Shown here in pieces: positions 63,801 to 64,000 of a stretch of 64,000 nucleotides of DNA. Every line of letters starts with the position of its first letter. The first letter of the stretch is position 1. The notes beneath the pieces are model-generated. The model did no database searches and had not been told where the DNA came from. It saw only the letters and a program-made list of their open reading frames with translations. This DNA comes from the human T2T-CHM13v2.0 reference genome, Homo sapiens, in assembly GCF_009914755.1 (NCBI RefSeq), contig NC_060943.1; one strand, written 5' to 3'. The position numbers were made by a program, and so were the translations under genes.

Positions 63801-64000
63801 GAATGATTCTCAGAAACTCCTTTGTGATGTGTGCGTTCAACTCACAGAGTTTAACTTTTCTTTTCATAGAGCAGTTGGGAAACACTCTGTTTGTAAAGTC
63901 TGCAAGTGGATATTCAGACATCCTTGAGGCTTTCGTTGGAAACGGGATTTCTTCATATTCTGCTAGAAAGAAGAATTCTCAGTAACTTCCTTGTGTTGTG

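Larger units (their letters stand above)
1..64000 (+). repeat. Centromeric alpha-satellite array of 340-bp dimers (about 188 copies), SF1 J1/J2 type, resembling D1Z7/D5Z2/D19Z3 (S1C1/5/19H1L)
   Basis: Strict 340-bp periodicity in the sequence and ORF track; 171+169-bp monomers; a CENP-B box in every second monomer; EcoRI GAATTC once per dimer (first at 119-124). The alphoid call is very secure. The chr1/5/19 family assignment is from recollection of the consensus and has not been checked by a search. Confidence 0.97.

Noticed and set aside
177-63985. Hundreds of 60-100 aa ORFs on both strands (MILRNSFV..., MSEYPLAD..., MFPNCSMK...)
   Set aside because: They are chance reading frames of the satellite, repeated every 340 bp. 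They are freely broken or extended by frameshifts and stop changes, and I recognise no protein domain. I used them only as SNP markers.
1-64000. CRISPR-like array or variable-cassette (antigenic variation or diversity-generating) system
   Set aside because: There are no unique spacers and no cas, recombinase or reverse-transcriptase genes. The whole unit is repeated, with only scattered SNPs.
1-64000. Hidden insertion (L1, Alu, viral or unique sequence) or inversion
   Set aside because: The 340-bp phase is continuous and the 66-bp deficit is fully explained by small deletions. All CENP-B boxes lie on the same strand.
1-64000. Assignment to a specific chromosome or to the CENP-A/kinetochore domain
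   Set aside because: Chromosomes 1, 5 and 19 share this family, and kinetochore position is epigenetic. Both would need alignment to assemblies and chromatin data.

Overview
The entire 64 kb is one uninterrupted, single-orientation array of primate (almost certainly human) centromeric alpha-satellite DNA. It consists of about 188 tandem 340-bp dimers. Each dimer has a 171-bp A-type monomer with a pJalpha-like box and a 169-bp B-type monomer with a CENP-B box, plus one EcoRI site. The sequence resembles the suprachromosomal family 1 (J1/J2) array shared by chromosomes 1, 5 and 19 (D1Z7/D5Z2/D19Z3); I cannot tell which chromosome. I found no credible genes, RNA genes, transposons or CRISPR arrays, and all ORFs are by-products of the repeat. 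A length check supports this. Equivalent positions 289 and 63803 are 63514 bp apart, which is 187 x 340 minus 66, and the small deletions I can see sum to exactly 66 bp, leaving no room for a net insertion. I found no new gene system. The interesting content is the array's internal history, read from diagnostic SNPs and indels. There are three main dimer types, which I label I, L and F, with a C subtype of F, and they occur in irregular order. There are nested local higher-order repeats of 2034, 4408, 3056, 1360, 3734 and about 10195 bp. A young, homogeneous core is flanked by older regions that share rare markers. There is also a deletion hotspot, evidence of short conversion tracts, and a cluster of broken CENP-B boxes confined to 6.9-16.4 kb. 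All comparisons were made by eye with help from the ORF track, so block boundaries are approximate to within about one dimer.
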